NCBI GenBank assembly: GCA_002838935.1 | Contig: PGXE01000007.1 | Coordinates: forward strand, 5,673 to 42,258 | Source of the DNA: Thermoplasmata archaeon HGW-Thermoplasmata-1 | GTDB lineage: Archaea > Thermoplasmatota > E2 > GCA-002838935 | Direction: 5' to 3' | Length of the DNA stretch: 36,586 nt | In this document: piece after piece, positions 23,850 through 32,613 of the stretch | Position numbering within the stretch: position 1 is the first letter of the stretch | Layout of the letters: each line of letters starts with the position of its first letter | Translations under genes and position numbers: made by a program | The notes under the pieces: generated by a model | The model's database searches: none | What the model was told of the DNA's origin: nothing | The model's input: the letters and a program-made list of their open reading frames with translations, nothing else

Positions 23850-26105
23850 TCAATACTTCTTTCTTGTGAATACCCAGTGGACTGCGATAACGATCAGCAA
23901 CGAGCCCATGACGAGCGGTATTATGAACGCAGGCTCCTCGCCGTATTCGGGATAGATGAAAAGCGTGTATTCCGGGGATGCTGCCGCATTTCCCGAAACG
24001 TCGGTCACTATGATAGAAAACTTCATGGTGCCCCCCTTTTCCACGTCCGGGAGGGCGACTTCGTAGAAAGTTTCGCCCGCGCCCCCTTCGTGCATCTCTG
24101 CAAGTTCCGCGTAATCCATGACACCGTTGAGTTCGTAGTGCAACTCCGCCTTCAGTATGGCGTTGTTGTCTATCGCGCTGCATCCGACCCATACCGGCTG
24201 TTTCCACATCGAATAGCTCTTCTTTCCGGCTTGCGAGATGTCGATGGTTTGCGCCTTCGACTCGCCGATGACCGTAATCGATATCTCGCGCCCTCCATTC
24301 TTTAGAAGTTCCGGTTTTTTGGTGTCGTTGTATGAAACGGTTATCCGGGTAACGTCCTTTTCGAGCATCACGCTGCCGTTTATCGTAATCCTCCCGGAGG
24401 TTTCGTTATGCACGAATTCGACCTCGTTTTCGCCCACGAAAACCGATTCGCAGGCCACGCCTTCGTTGAGCGCCAACGTCAGGTTATTCAATGCGATTGC
24501 GCGCTCCGGATTGAAGAGCGATATCCGTATCTCCCGCTCGCCGTATTCTATCGTTTTAGGGAATATCGCAAGGGGCTGTTCTATCCTGAGTGTATTCTGC
24601 CCTTGCAAGAGCGGCGTCACGGTTGCGAAGTGGTTCGCGCTTTTTGCATCTATGAAAAATCCGATTTCACGTAAAGCGCCCTCGTCAAGCAGGTATCCTC
24701 TTGAACCGAATGCGCCCGAAAGGTAATTTTCGCCAAGAGGGCTTGCCCATCCGCTTATCGCCCCAAGCGGCCCCAAAACGACCCGCCCCGGGCTTTCCAC
24801 ATCGGAATCTATCGTGACGTTCCACCTTGAGCGGCTTTCAAGGATATTGCCGCCGTCGACAGCATCGGCAAAGCGTTCGTAACCGGAGGCCGCCTTCTTG
24901 CCGGCGTATATCGTCAAATTGGATTCGAAAGGTTCGTCCGCCTTAATCGACAGCCCGCAAGACATGGAGAAGAGGGCAAAAGCCATTGCCTCGATATCAG
25001 GCGAGCCATCCGGTTTTACGAGCCAGCCGCTTTCGTAATCGAGCATTCCGCTGCCAAGCAGCCCCCTCGTAAAGAGCTTGCCCTCAAGGGATGACGCCGC
25101 CGCAGCCGCGTCGAGCACGACGCCTCCGCCCGCGTATACCGTCTCATCGGGAAAGAGTTCGCTCATCTTGAGCAGCAAGATGTGAAAGAGGGACGCGCCA
25201 AGCGAGCCGCTTACCCCGTCGCCGAAGCTGTCGAACACGAGCGCACCGCCGTCAAGAGAGTAACGCGACAGCACCTCCGCTATGAACCTTGTTGCCTGGA
25301 TCGAACGCACGGCGACCTCGTCGTTTTGCACCCGTTCGTGCAGCAGGAGCCCGGCAAGCGCGAGGGCCGCATTGTCGCAGGCGTTTCTTTTGCCGTCAGA
25401 GAGGTAAGCGCCACCGGAGAAATTCGTCCCCCCAAGATATTCGAGCGTTCTTTTCGCGTTCTTCTCGTATTCAGTAAAGCCGCCGTCGGCTACCTCAAGG
25501 GCGGCGATGACGGCAAGCGCCTGTTCGTAGTTGCCGGAATATCCGTCCCCGCCGCTGCCGCGCCCGTCCCCGCCGTAAATTCCCGGGACATCGGCCTTTC
25601 CGTAGATGTCGCCGTCGTGCGTGCCGTCCATCCAGGCGGCTACGGTGTCCGCCCTCTGAAGATAACCGTAAAGCCGGGTGGCGTCGTAAAGCGCCTTTGC
25701 AGCGATTATTGCCCATGCGTTTGCCAGAAGCGGGTCGCTGCCGTAAGGGTCGTAGCATCCAGTGTCGAGATCGAAGAACTGTTCGCAATATTGCCATGCG
25801 GTTTCGGCCCTATCGCGGTAAAGCGGGTCGCCGCCTCTTTGTGAAAGCACGGCAAGGGCCGCCATCCCCGCGAACTGACCGTATGGCGGCGCACCGAAAG
25901 CCTCCCCGAGGTCAGCATCCTGGCGGAGTATCTCGCCATCCGGCGCCACCGCTTCCAAAAGGGCATTCGCGAGGACGAGGTCGATGGTGGCTGCACCCTC
26001 AAGCGGCTTCGCATAAATGGCGGATGCGCCGCTGCAGCACGCGGAGAGCAGCAGGGCGCCAACAATCGCAAGCGAGATGCCGTAAAGAGCCTGATGTTTT
26101 CCCAT
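23850..26105 (-). CDS. Secreted alpha/alpha-toroid-like (prenyltransferase/terpenoid-cyclase-like repeat) protein with C-terminal beta domains and TM anchor
   Basis: Signal peptide with lipobox-like LLLSAC-C (MGKHQALYGISLAIVGALLLSACCSG). Repeats with the DGG(F/A) motif and helical hairpins (EVADGGFTEYEKNAKRTLEYL, SLDGGALVF). C-terminus EEPAFIIPLVMGSLLIVIAVHWVFTRKKY. The fold assignment is tentative. Confidence 0.5.
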   Translation of the reverse strand: MGKHQALYGISLAIVGALLLSACCSGASAIYAKPLEGAATIDLVLANALLEAVAPDGEILRQDADLGEAFGAPPYGQFAGMAALAVLSQRGGDPLYRDRAETAWQYCEQFFDLDTGCYDPYGSDPLLANAWAIIAAKALYDATRLYGYLQRADTVAAWMDGTHDGDIYGKADVPGIYGGDGRGSGGDGYSGNYEQALAVIAALEVADGGFTEYEKNAKRTLEYLGGTNFSGGAYLSDGKRNACDNAALALAGLLLHERVQNDEVAVRSIQATRFIAEVLSRYSLDGGALVFDSFGDGVSGSLGASLFHILLLKMSELFPDETVYAGGGVVLDAAAAASSLEGKLFTRGLLGSGMLDYESGWLVKPDGSPDIEAMAFALFSMSCGLSIKADEPFESNLTIYAGKKAASGYERFADAVDGGNILESRSRWNVTIDSDVESPGRVVLGPLGAISGWASPLGENYLSGAFGSRGYLLDEGALREIGFFIDAKSANHFATVTPLLQGQNTLRIEQPLAIFPKTIEYGEREIRISLFNPERAIALNNLTLALNEGVACESVFVGENEVEFVHNETSGRITINGSVMLEKDVTRITVSYNDTKKPELLKNGGREISITVIGESKAQTIDISQAGKKSYSMWKQPVWVGCSAIDNNAILKAELHYELNGVMDYAELAEMHEGGAGETFYEVALPDVEKGGTMKFSIIVTDVSGNAAASPEYTLFIYPEYGEEPAFIIPLVMGSLLIVIAVHWVFTRKKY

Positions 26106-26153
26106 CAAAAGGCAAATGGCTTTAATGCTTAAATCATTTCGTAAGTTGATTCC

Positions 26154-26795
26154 ATGGCGGACGAACAGCAAAAAACAGGCCTTCGCGGGTTGTTTGTGAC
26201 CTTTGACGGCATAGACGGCTCAGGCAAATCGACAGCCATCAAGAAGGTTGCCCGCGAACTCGTTAAAAGGGGATACGACGTTTTGCTGACGCGCGAGCCG
26301 ACTGATAGCTGGCTTGGGGACGCGGTGAACCGGGCGATAAGGGAGCAGGCCGACCCGTTTGTCATAGCCTTTGCGTTCATGGCTGACCGCGCGCTGCACG
26401 TAAACAGGATAGTGAAGTGGCTCGAGGAGGGAAAGATAGTCCTCTGCGACCGCTACGTCGATTCTACCTACGCCTATCAGGCCGCGCACATGGAAGGGTT
26501 CATGGAGAAGCCGATTGAATGGCTAAAGGCGATGCACGAGCCGTTTGCGCTGTGTCCTGATATCACGCTGCTTTTCGACATCTCTCCCGAAGATGCACTT
26601 GCCAGGGTGCAGGGAAGGGAAGAGCTCATCATGTTCGAGAAGGTCGAATTCCTTTCAAAGGTAGGGCAGAACTACCTTTTGCTTCTCGAAGACAATCCTG
26701 TTATGGCAAGGATTGACGCATCGAAAAGCATCACCGCTGTCGCGTCGGATTGCCTGAAAAAGATACTCGAAAGGATTCAGGATAATCCGGAGTAA
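26154..26795 (+). CDS. tmk: Thymidylate (dTMP) kinase
   Basis: P-loop FDGIDGSGKST. The TREP...DR(Y/A) pattern and the lid region fit the family. 213 aa. Confidence 0.85.
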   Translation: MADEQQKTGLRGLFVTFDGIDGSGKSTAIKKVARELVKRGYDVLLTREPTDSWLGDAVNRAIREQADPFVIAFAFMADRALHVNRIVKWLEEGKIVLCDRYVDSTYAYQAAHMEGFMEKPIEWLKAMHEPFALCPDITLLFDISPEDALARVQGREELIMFEKVEFLSKVGQNYLLLLEDNPVMARIDASKSITAVASDCLKKILERIQDNPE

Positions 26796-27006
26796 TCCGG
26801 AATAAATGTTATTTTGAGAGGCTTCGAGAAGCCGCTGGCGCAGACGAAAAGCACAAAATATTTGGCGTGAATTACGCCCTCTCGCTTTCGCGATTCGGCT
26901 CAGTCGCAAATCGAAGATTTGCTCCTACGTCCCAATGCTCACGTTATTCGCATTGGTTCTAATTCCGCAAGCGGCACTGTGAATTTGAAAAATTGGTGAG
27001 TTTGAA

Positions 27007-27078
27007 AGCCGCTGGCGTGAATTGAACACGCGACCTACTCCTTACCAAGGAGTCGCTATACCTCTAAGCCACAGCGGC
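27007..27078 (-). tRNA. tRNA-Thr (anticodon GGU), no encoded CCA
   Basis: Reverse complement folds as GCCGCUG-UG-GCUU-AGAGGUA-UAGC-G-ACUCC-UUGGUAA-GGAGU-AGGUC-GCGUG-UUCAAUU-CACGC-CAGCGGC-U. This is a 72-nt cloverleaf with G18G19 and a T-loop present. Confidence 0.9.
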
Positions 27079-27232
27079 ATGCGAGCAAGTCCGATATTGG
27101 CTCTTTCTTTTTAAGCTTTACCAACTTTTTCGCAAAGAGTTTGGACCCATCGCAACAGGGATATTCTGCCTTATAAAAAACCATAAATGCTTAAATACGG
27201 GCTTGATTATTCCGTGTTTGCGTTCTCACAAT

Positions 27233-27309
27233 GGGCCCATAGCTTAGTTGGTTAGAGCGCCCGGCTCATAACCGGGCGGTCGCCGGTTCGAATCCGGTTG
27301 GGCCCACCA
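27233..27309 (+). tRNA. tRNA with CAU anticodon (elongator Met or Ile2/agmatidine type), CCA encoded
   Basis: GGGCCCA-UA-GCUU-AGUUGGUUA-GAGC-G-CCCGG-CUCAUAA-CCGGG-CGGUC-GCCGG-UUCGAAU-CCGGU-UGGGCCC-A-CCA. The G1:C72 pair argues against an archaeal initiator. Met versus Ile2 cannot be decided by eye. Confidence 0.9.
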
Positions 27310-27573
27310 ATAACCCAATTTTACAAACCAACCAAGGACCAGACTGATATGGCTTAAACCGCTTCTCAAAATTCCAAAAAGGTTTAAGACAACTATCCGG
27401 TTGTGCCCATACCTACTTCTCAAACTCACAAAACAGCCGGATGAGAACTAAAACCAACGAGCGAAGCGAGTTAGACTGTCGCGAGAATCCGATTGGGCAC
27501 ACATCACAAATTCCTTTGGGGGATAGGATATCTTTTTATATCGTATCCATCTAATATCACAACAGGTGAGTTT

Positions 27574-28476
27574 ATGTCAAACACCAATACATCAAAAAAG
27601 GTGGCCGTTCTGGCGGTATTGCTGGCAGTTTCGTTCACGATTGCCGCGGCGGGCGCCGTTCTTGCGCAGGGCCAGTCCACAGGTGCAAAGGAAGGACAAG
27701 GCGGACCGCCGAGTTTCGCAGAGTCAAAAGCCGCAGGCAGCGAGAAGTGGATACTCAAAAACGACAACATAAGCGTCTGGTTCCAGGGGATGAAGCCCAT
27801 GCTCAAGGTGTTCAGCACTGCCGAGGACGGCAACGTTTCCGGATATCTCATCAAGCTCGACCAGATATACGAGAGGGATGGGGACGGCAACAAGGTCGCA
27901 TCCATAAACCTCAACGCGGCTTCCCTTGGGTGGACGAAGGCAGTAACGGAGACGGACGGCGGCCTCGATCTTCGCGTATTCGGCGAGGTTTCAGGCCCCG
28001 GTCTTTCGCCCACCACGACAAGCGCCTACATAGAGTTCGTGTTTCACCTCTATTCCAACTCCACCGATATAAAGTTCGATGTGAACGTCGAGGATTGGGG
28101 CTGGAAGTCGGATGACCCCGAAAACGCCACGCTTTCGCTGACGATGCTTCTCGTAGGCGAGAAAGCCCGCGAGAGATCAAACGGACAGGCCGTTAGCATG
28201 GGAAAGAAGGGCTACGTCGAGTGGGAGAAGAATGCAGAAGCCCACATGAGCAACGGCACTTCGAATGCCGCGCGGGTCCGCTCCAACGTTTCATCCGGGC
28301 AGGACGGAACGTTCGTAACGCTGACGTTCGAAACAGATGGCGGCTACGCATCGCTTTCCTACGATCCCACGCTCGGAGCGGATTCGATGGGAATACCGAT
28401 TGGCTGGGGCGTGCCGATAGCGGCACTTGGGGCAGCAGTCGCGTTGATTTCGAGAAGGCGCAAGGCAAGTCTTTAG
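27574..28476 (+). CDS. Secreted surface protein with C-terminal TM anchor and basic tail
   Basis: AGGTGA RBS at 27564-27569 and a TATA-like TTTTTATAT ~35 nt upstream. Signal peptide (KKVAVLAVLLAVSFTIAAAGAVLAQG). C-terminus GIPIGWGVPIAALGAAVALISRRRKASL. Confidence 0.65.
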   Translation: MSNTNTSKKVAVLAVLLAVSFTIAAAGAVLAQGQSTGAKEGQGGPPSFAESKAAGSEKWILKNDNISVWFQGMKPMLKVFSTAEDGNVSGYLIKLDQIYERDGDGNKVASINLNAASLGWTKAVTETDGGLDLRVFGEVSGPGLSPTTTSAYIEFVFHLYSNSTDIKFDVNVEDWGWKSDDPENATLSLTMLLVGEKARERSNGQAVSMGKKGYVEWEKNAEAHMSNGTSNAARVRSNVSSGQDGTFVTLTFETDGGYASLSYDPTLGADSMGIPIGWGVPIAALGAAVALISRRRKASL

Positions 28477-28862
28477 GGAACGGGGCGCGCTGCGACCGTA
28501 ATGTAATACCCTTCCGCGTCAACCACGAGGGCCGAATTGGAATTCCCGTTATGATCGCTAAAGCGGTAGGTCGAAACGGTCCCGCCAAACCTTCTCGATA
28601 TCGAATCCGCCATCTCCCGTTCGAGAGTCGAGAACCGTGCGGCATCGTCGCTTTCCATCTTGTGCGGCTTCTCATTGTCGATTGCTATCGTGCCGTAGTC
28701 GGGTATGTGCCAGTTGAGCCTTATTGTCGGCGGGTTGCCGTGACCGACTAGCGAAACCTCGCCGCTTTTTATGCCCAGCTTCTGGCGCAGTTTGTATTCC
28801 TCTCCTTCCATCAGTTTCTTTGCGTCCCATTTCTTGAGGACGGCCATCACCGTTTCTTCCAT
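28473..28862 (-). CDS. Hypothetical protein (129 aa)
   Basis: Strong AAAGGAGGAA RBS 8 nt upstream of the ATG at 28862. The stop overlaps the stop of the convergent gene. No family recognised. Confidence 0.55.
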   Translation of the reverse strand: MEETVMAVLKKWDAKKLMEGEEYKLRQKLGIKSGEVSLVGHGNPPTIRLNWHIPDYGTIAIDNEKPHKMESDDAARFSTLEREMADSISRRFGGTVSTYRFSDHNGNSNSALVVDAEGYYITVAARPVP

Positions 28863-29096
28863 TCTTCATTCCTCCTTTCGGACCTGCCGTGCGGACTTTT
28901 TTCTGCCGCGTTCACCTGAATATTGCAGCGCGGGGTAGAAAAACCTTGTTTTTGCGCGGGGTCCTGTTTTTGCGAAGCGTTGCTGCGGTTTTCCAGCTTT
29001 ATCCGCATGAGATATGAATTGGTTTCAATGATTTTTCCAACCCCTTAAATAACCCTTTTTAGATACCTTTTTCACGTCTATTACAGAGGTAATTTC

Positions 29097-29339
29097 ATGT
29101 TCAAGGCTCACATAGAGATAAAACTCAAGAAAGGCGTGGTCGACCCCGAAGGCAAGAACATAGAAAAGACCCTTCACCTGCTTGGTTTTGACACCGTGAA
29201 AAGCGTCCACTCGCAAAAGGTCATAGTCGTGGAACTCGACGCCGCAAGCAAGGAAGACGCGGCCGCGAAGGTCGGCGAGATGTGCAAGAGGCTTCTCACG
29301 AACCCGGTCACCCACGACTACACGGTCGTCATTTCCTGA
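29097..29339 (+). CDS. purS: Phosphoribosylformylglycinamidine synthase subunit PurS
   Basis: 80 aa. MFKAHIEIKLKKGVVDPEGKNIEKTLHLLGF..VKSV...K.I.VELDA...A...V.EMCKRLLTNPV..DY is the typical PurS pattern. GAGGTAA RBS. Confidence 0.85.
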   Translation: MFKAHIEIKLKKGVVDPEGKNIEKTLHLLGFDTVKSVHSQKVIVVELDAASKEDAAAKVGEMCKRLLTNPVTHDYTVVIS

Positions 29340-29496
29340 TGTTCCGGGGGCGATTTATCTGACCGGCGCAAAACACCTGTTTCGGAAGATTGAGGGCGCG
29401 GACTTCGAGATTTACGAAATCGAACTTCTCGGCGCAAGCGACAAGGAACTAAAAGCGCTAAGCGACGAACTCGGGATACGGCTCTCGCCAGACGAG

Positions 29497-31716
29497 ATGC
29501 GCACGATAAAGAAATACTTCGAAGGGAAGGGACGAAACCCGACGAACATAGAGTTGCAATCCCTCGGCCAGGCGTGGAGCGAGCACTGCTGCTACAAGTC
29601 GAGCAAGCCCGTTTTGCGCAAATTCCTCTTCGGCCTGAACCAGCCATACGTCATAGACAAGGGCGACGCGGGCGTGGTCGAGTTCGACGACGACAACGCC
29701 TACGCGATAAGGATAGAATCCCACAACCACCCCTCCGCGATAGAGCCCTACGGCGGCGCGGCAACGGGCATAGGCGGGATAATACGCGACATACTCTGCA
29801 TGGGCGCAAAGCCGATAGCGCTTGCCGACCCGCTCTTTTTCGGCCCCCTCGACGCGCCGCTGGATTCGGTGCCGGAGGGCATAAAGCACCCCAAATATCT
29901 CGTATCCGGCGTCGTTTCCGGCATACGCGACTACGGCAACCGCGTTGGCGTCCCAACGATAGCTGGCTCCGTCACCTTTGACGAGAGCTACGTGGGAAAC
30001 TGCCTCGTCAACGTCGCATGCGTAGGCATAGCAAAGAAATCCCAGCTTGTCACCAACTCCGCGAAGAACGAGGGCGACGCGCTCATCCTCGTCGGCGGCC
30101 ACACCGGGCGCGACGGCATACACGGCGCAAACTTCGCGTCGGTTGAGATAACCTCGGAGACCGAGGAGCAGGACCGCGGTTCTGTGCAACTGGGCGATCC
30201 GATAACGAAGGAACCGGTCATCCACGTCTGCGTCGAGTGCGCGAAGAAGGGGCTTCTCACCGGCATGAAGGACCTTGGCGCCGGCGGCCTCTCCTGCGTC
30301 ACGGGCGAGCTTTGCCTCAAGGGCGGCTTTGGGGCCGAGGTGCATCTCGACCGGGTCCCGCTCAAGGAGGCCGACATGGCCCCGTGGGAGATATGGGTCT
30401 CCGAGAGCCAGGAGCGCATGATGCTCGCGGTAAAGGAGGAGAACGTGCAGAAGGTGCTTGACATCTGCAACCTCTGGGACGTCTCCGCGATTCCGCTTGG
30501 AAATGCGATAAAGGACAAGGTCACGCGCATCTATTACCACGGAAAGAAGATATTCGAACTCGACCTCGACTTCCTCACCGAAGGGCCGGAGTATGAAAGG
30601 CCGTGCAATCTGCCGTCCGCGCCCATAATGGAAGAGGCAAAAAAGGCGAAAGCGGCAAAGCCCCGCAAGTTCGGCACTTACGGCGAGGCGCTCCTTGCGC
30701 TCCTTGCGGATTTCAACGTCTGCTGCCGCGACTGGGTCATAAGGCAATACGACCACGAGGTGCAGGGCAGGACCGTCATAAAGCCGCTCCAGGGCAAGAT
30801 GAACGCGAACGGCCCCGGCGACGCGACCGTGCTAAAGCCGGTCGAGGACTCCTACCGCGGCCTTGCGCTCTCGATAGCCTCCTCGCCATTCACGACCGCG
30901 ATAGACCCCTACAAGGGCGGCCTTGCGGTCATAGACGAGATGTGCAGGAACCTTGCGGCGGTCGGCGCGATGCCGCACTCCTACACGAACTGCCTCAACT
31001 TCGGCAACCCGGAAAAACCGGAGCGTTTCGGCGTATTCCACGAGGCGGTGCGCGGCCTTGGCGACGCGTCGAGGGCGATGTCGCTTCCCTGCCCGTCCGG
31101 AAACGTGAGTTTCTACAACGAGTCGCACAACGGCGCGATCAAGCCGACCATTTCGGTGCTTGGCGCGGGGATAGTCGATGATGTTCGCAAGTGCGTCACC
31201 ACCGACCTCAAGTGCGCCGGCAATTCCATATACCTATTAGGCGAAACGCGCGAGGATTTCGGCGGCTCTGTCTATTCGCGCATAACCGGAAGGGACGGCG
31301 GGGTTTCGCCGATCGATCTCGAAAATCTCAAGAGCGGCGTGGCGGCGACCGTGAACGCCATACGTTCGGGATGCGTCGCTGCCTGCCACGACCTCTCCGA
31401 CGGCGGCCTTGCGGTCGCGCTTGCGGAGATGTGCCTGGGCGGCTCCATCGGCGCGGAAGTGAACCTCGGTGCGCTCGGTGCGCTGCCGACCGACGCAAAA
31501 CTCTTTGCGGAGTCCGCCACCCGCTGGCTCTTTGAAGTGAAGACTGGCGAGGAGAAGAGGTTCGAGGCCGCGATGAAGGGACTTATGCTGTTCAGGATAG
31601 GGACCGTCGGCGGGGAGTCGCTGACGGTTGCGGACGGCAAGAAGCAGGCGGTATGCGAGAACGTGGAGACGCTCAGGAAGGCTTGGGCGGAACCGCTCTG
31701 GAACGTCATGGGATGA
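29497..31716 (+). CDS. purL: Phosphoribosylformylglycinamidine synthase subunit PurL (N-terminus probably longer, see findings)
   Basis: WSEHCCYKSSK, ESHNHPS, DYGNRVG, GRDGIHGA and further PurL/AIRS-type motifs are present over the full length. The first canonical start in frame is 29497. The same frame is open and PurL-like from 29338. Confidence 0.85.
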   Translation: MRTIKKYFEGKGRNPTNIELQSLGQAWSEHCCYKSSKPVLRKFLFGLNQPYVIDKGDAGVVEFDDDNAYAIRIESHNHPSAIEPYGGAATGIGGIIRDILCMGAKPIALADPLFFGPLDAPLDSVPEGIKHPKYLVSGVVSGIRDYGNRVGVPTIAGSVTFDESYVGNCLVNVACVGIAKKSQLVTNSAKNEGDALILVGGHTGRDGIHGANFASVEITSETEEQDRGSVQLGDPITKEPVIHVCVECAKKGLLTGMKDLGAGGLSCVTGELCLKGGFGAEVHLDRVPLKEADMAPWEIWVSESQERMMLAVKEENVQKVLDICNLWDVSAIPLGNAIKDKVTRIYYHGKKIFELDLDFLTEGPEYERPCNLPSAPIMEEAKKAKAAKPRKFGTYGEALLALLADFNVCCRDWVIRQYDHEVQGRTVIKPLQGKMNANGPGDATVLKPVEDSYRGLALSIASSPFTTAIDPYKGGLAVIDEMCRNLAAVGAMPHSYTNCLNFGNPEKPERFGVFHEAVRGLGDASRAMSLPCPSGNVSFYNESHNGAIKPTISVLGAGIVDDVRKCVTTDLKCAGNSIYLLGETREDFGGSVYSRITGRDGGVSPIDLENLKSGVAATVNAIRSGCVAACHDLSDGGLAVALAEMCLGGSIGAEVNLGALGALPTDAKLFAESATRWLFEVKTGEEKRFEAAMKGLMLFRIGTVGGESLTVADGKKQAVCENVETLRKAWAEPLWNVMG

Positions 31717-31740
31717 GCGGAACAATCAGGGTGATCCAAG

Positions 31741-32589
31741 ATGAAGGTATCAGACGCGAAGGTGTGCATCCTCCAGATAGAGGGGACGAACTGCGACGAG
31801 GAGACCTACTGGGCTTTCAAGAGACTCGGTGCCGACCCGGAGGTAGTCCACCTCAAGCAGCTCATAGGCACGGGCATACCGCACGGGATGAAGAGGTCGC
31901 TTTCCGACTACCAGTGCCTTATATTCCCCGGCGGCTTCTCCGCAGGCGACTACGTGAGGGCGGGAGCGATCTTCGCCGCAAGGATGAAGGCGACCCTCGC
32001 AAAGGAGTTGCGCACGTTCATCGGCGCTGGTTATCCGGTCGGCGGCATCTGCAACGGCTTCCAAATAATGGTCGAGCTTGGCGTGCTGCCCGGACTTGGC
32101 GAGAGCATGACGCCGCTTCCCGAAGCGATACTCGACAAGAACGACTCCGACCGCTACGAGTGCCGCCCGACGCTCCTAAAGCACGAGAGCAGGGGCAACT
32201 GCGTCTTCACCTCGAAGCTGCCGCAAAATAAGGTAGTCATGATCCCGTGCGCCCACGCCGAAGGGAAGCTGGCATTCCCCAAGAAGGAGGGGGACAGGAT
32301 AGTCGAGAAACTGATCGAGAACGACCAGATAGTATTCCGCTACGTGGACGAGGATGGCAACTACGCGGGATATCCGTGGTGCCCCAACGGCGCGATATAT
32401 AATATAGCGGGCATCTGCAACCCGGCGGGAAACGTATTCGGCCTGATGCCCCACCCGGAGCGCGCATTCCACCGATTCCAGCACCCGGACTGGACCCGCA
32501 CCGGACTTGGCGAAAGCGGCGAGGGCGAGAACGGCGACGGAAAGGTAATATTCGAGTCGGCTCTGGACTACATAGGGAAGAAGTTCTAG
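31741..32589 (+). CDS. purQ: Phosphoribosylformylglycinamidine synthase subunit PurQ (glutaminase)
   Basis: ILQIEGTNCDEET start. Nucleophile elbow GGICNGFQ. MPHPER catalytic His region. It follows purL by 24 nt. Confidence 0.85.
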   Translation: MKVSDAKVCILQIEGTNCDEETYWAFKRLGADPEVVHLKQLIGTGIPHGMKRSLSDYQCLIFPGGFSAGDYVRAGAIFAARMKATLAKELRTFIGAGYPVGGICNGFQIMVELGVLPGLGESMTPLPEAILDKNDSDRYECRPTLLKHESRGNCVFTSKLPQNKVVMIPCAHAEGKLAFPKKEGDRIVEKLIENDQIVFRYVDEDGNYAGYPWCPNGAIYNIAGICNPAGNVFGLMPHPERAFHRFQHPDWTRTGLGESGEGENGDGKVIFESALDYIGKKF

Positions 32590-32613
32590 AGCATCGTCTT
32601 TCTTATCGCCTCA

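Noticed and set aside
26830-26975. A second, intron-containing tRNA gene on the minus strand (GCCGCTT...CAGCGGC ends)
   Set aside because: The acceptor-like ends pair. The interior gives no D-arm (no GG), no anticodon stem-loop and no proper T-loop (UAAUU instead of UUCRAAU). I could not draw a bulge-helix-bulge intron. I treat it as a fragmentary duplication.
27244-27429. 61-aa minus-strand ORF
   Set aside because: It overlaps the tRNA(CAU) gene antisense and continues into a non-coding spacer. It has no RBS or coding signal.
29458-30756. 432-aa minus-strand ORF, plus several Arg-rich + strand alternative-frame ORFs (29574-29981, 30603-31181, 31191-31535)
   Set aside because: All lie inside the strongly supported purL gene. 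Their Arg/Ala/Gly/Pro-rich composition is typical of off-frame translation of GC-rich coding DNA.
31741-32589. Gene order purS-purL-purQ (rather than purS-purQ-purL as in Bacillus) as an anomaly
   Set aside because: Operon order of FGAM synthase subunits varies among prokaryotes. Without a comparative survey this is not evidence of anything unusual.
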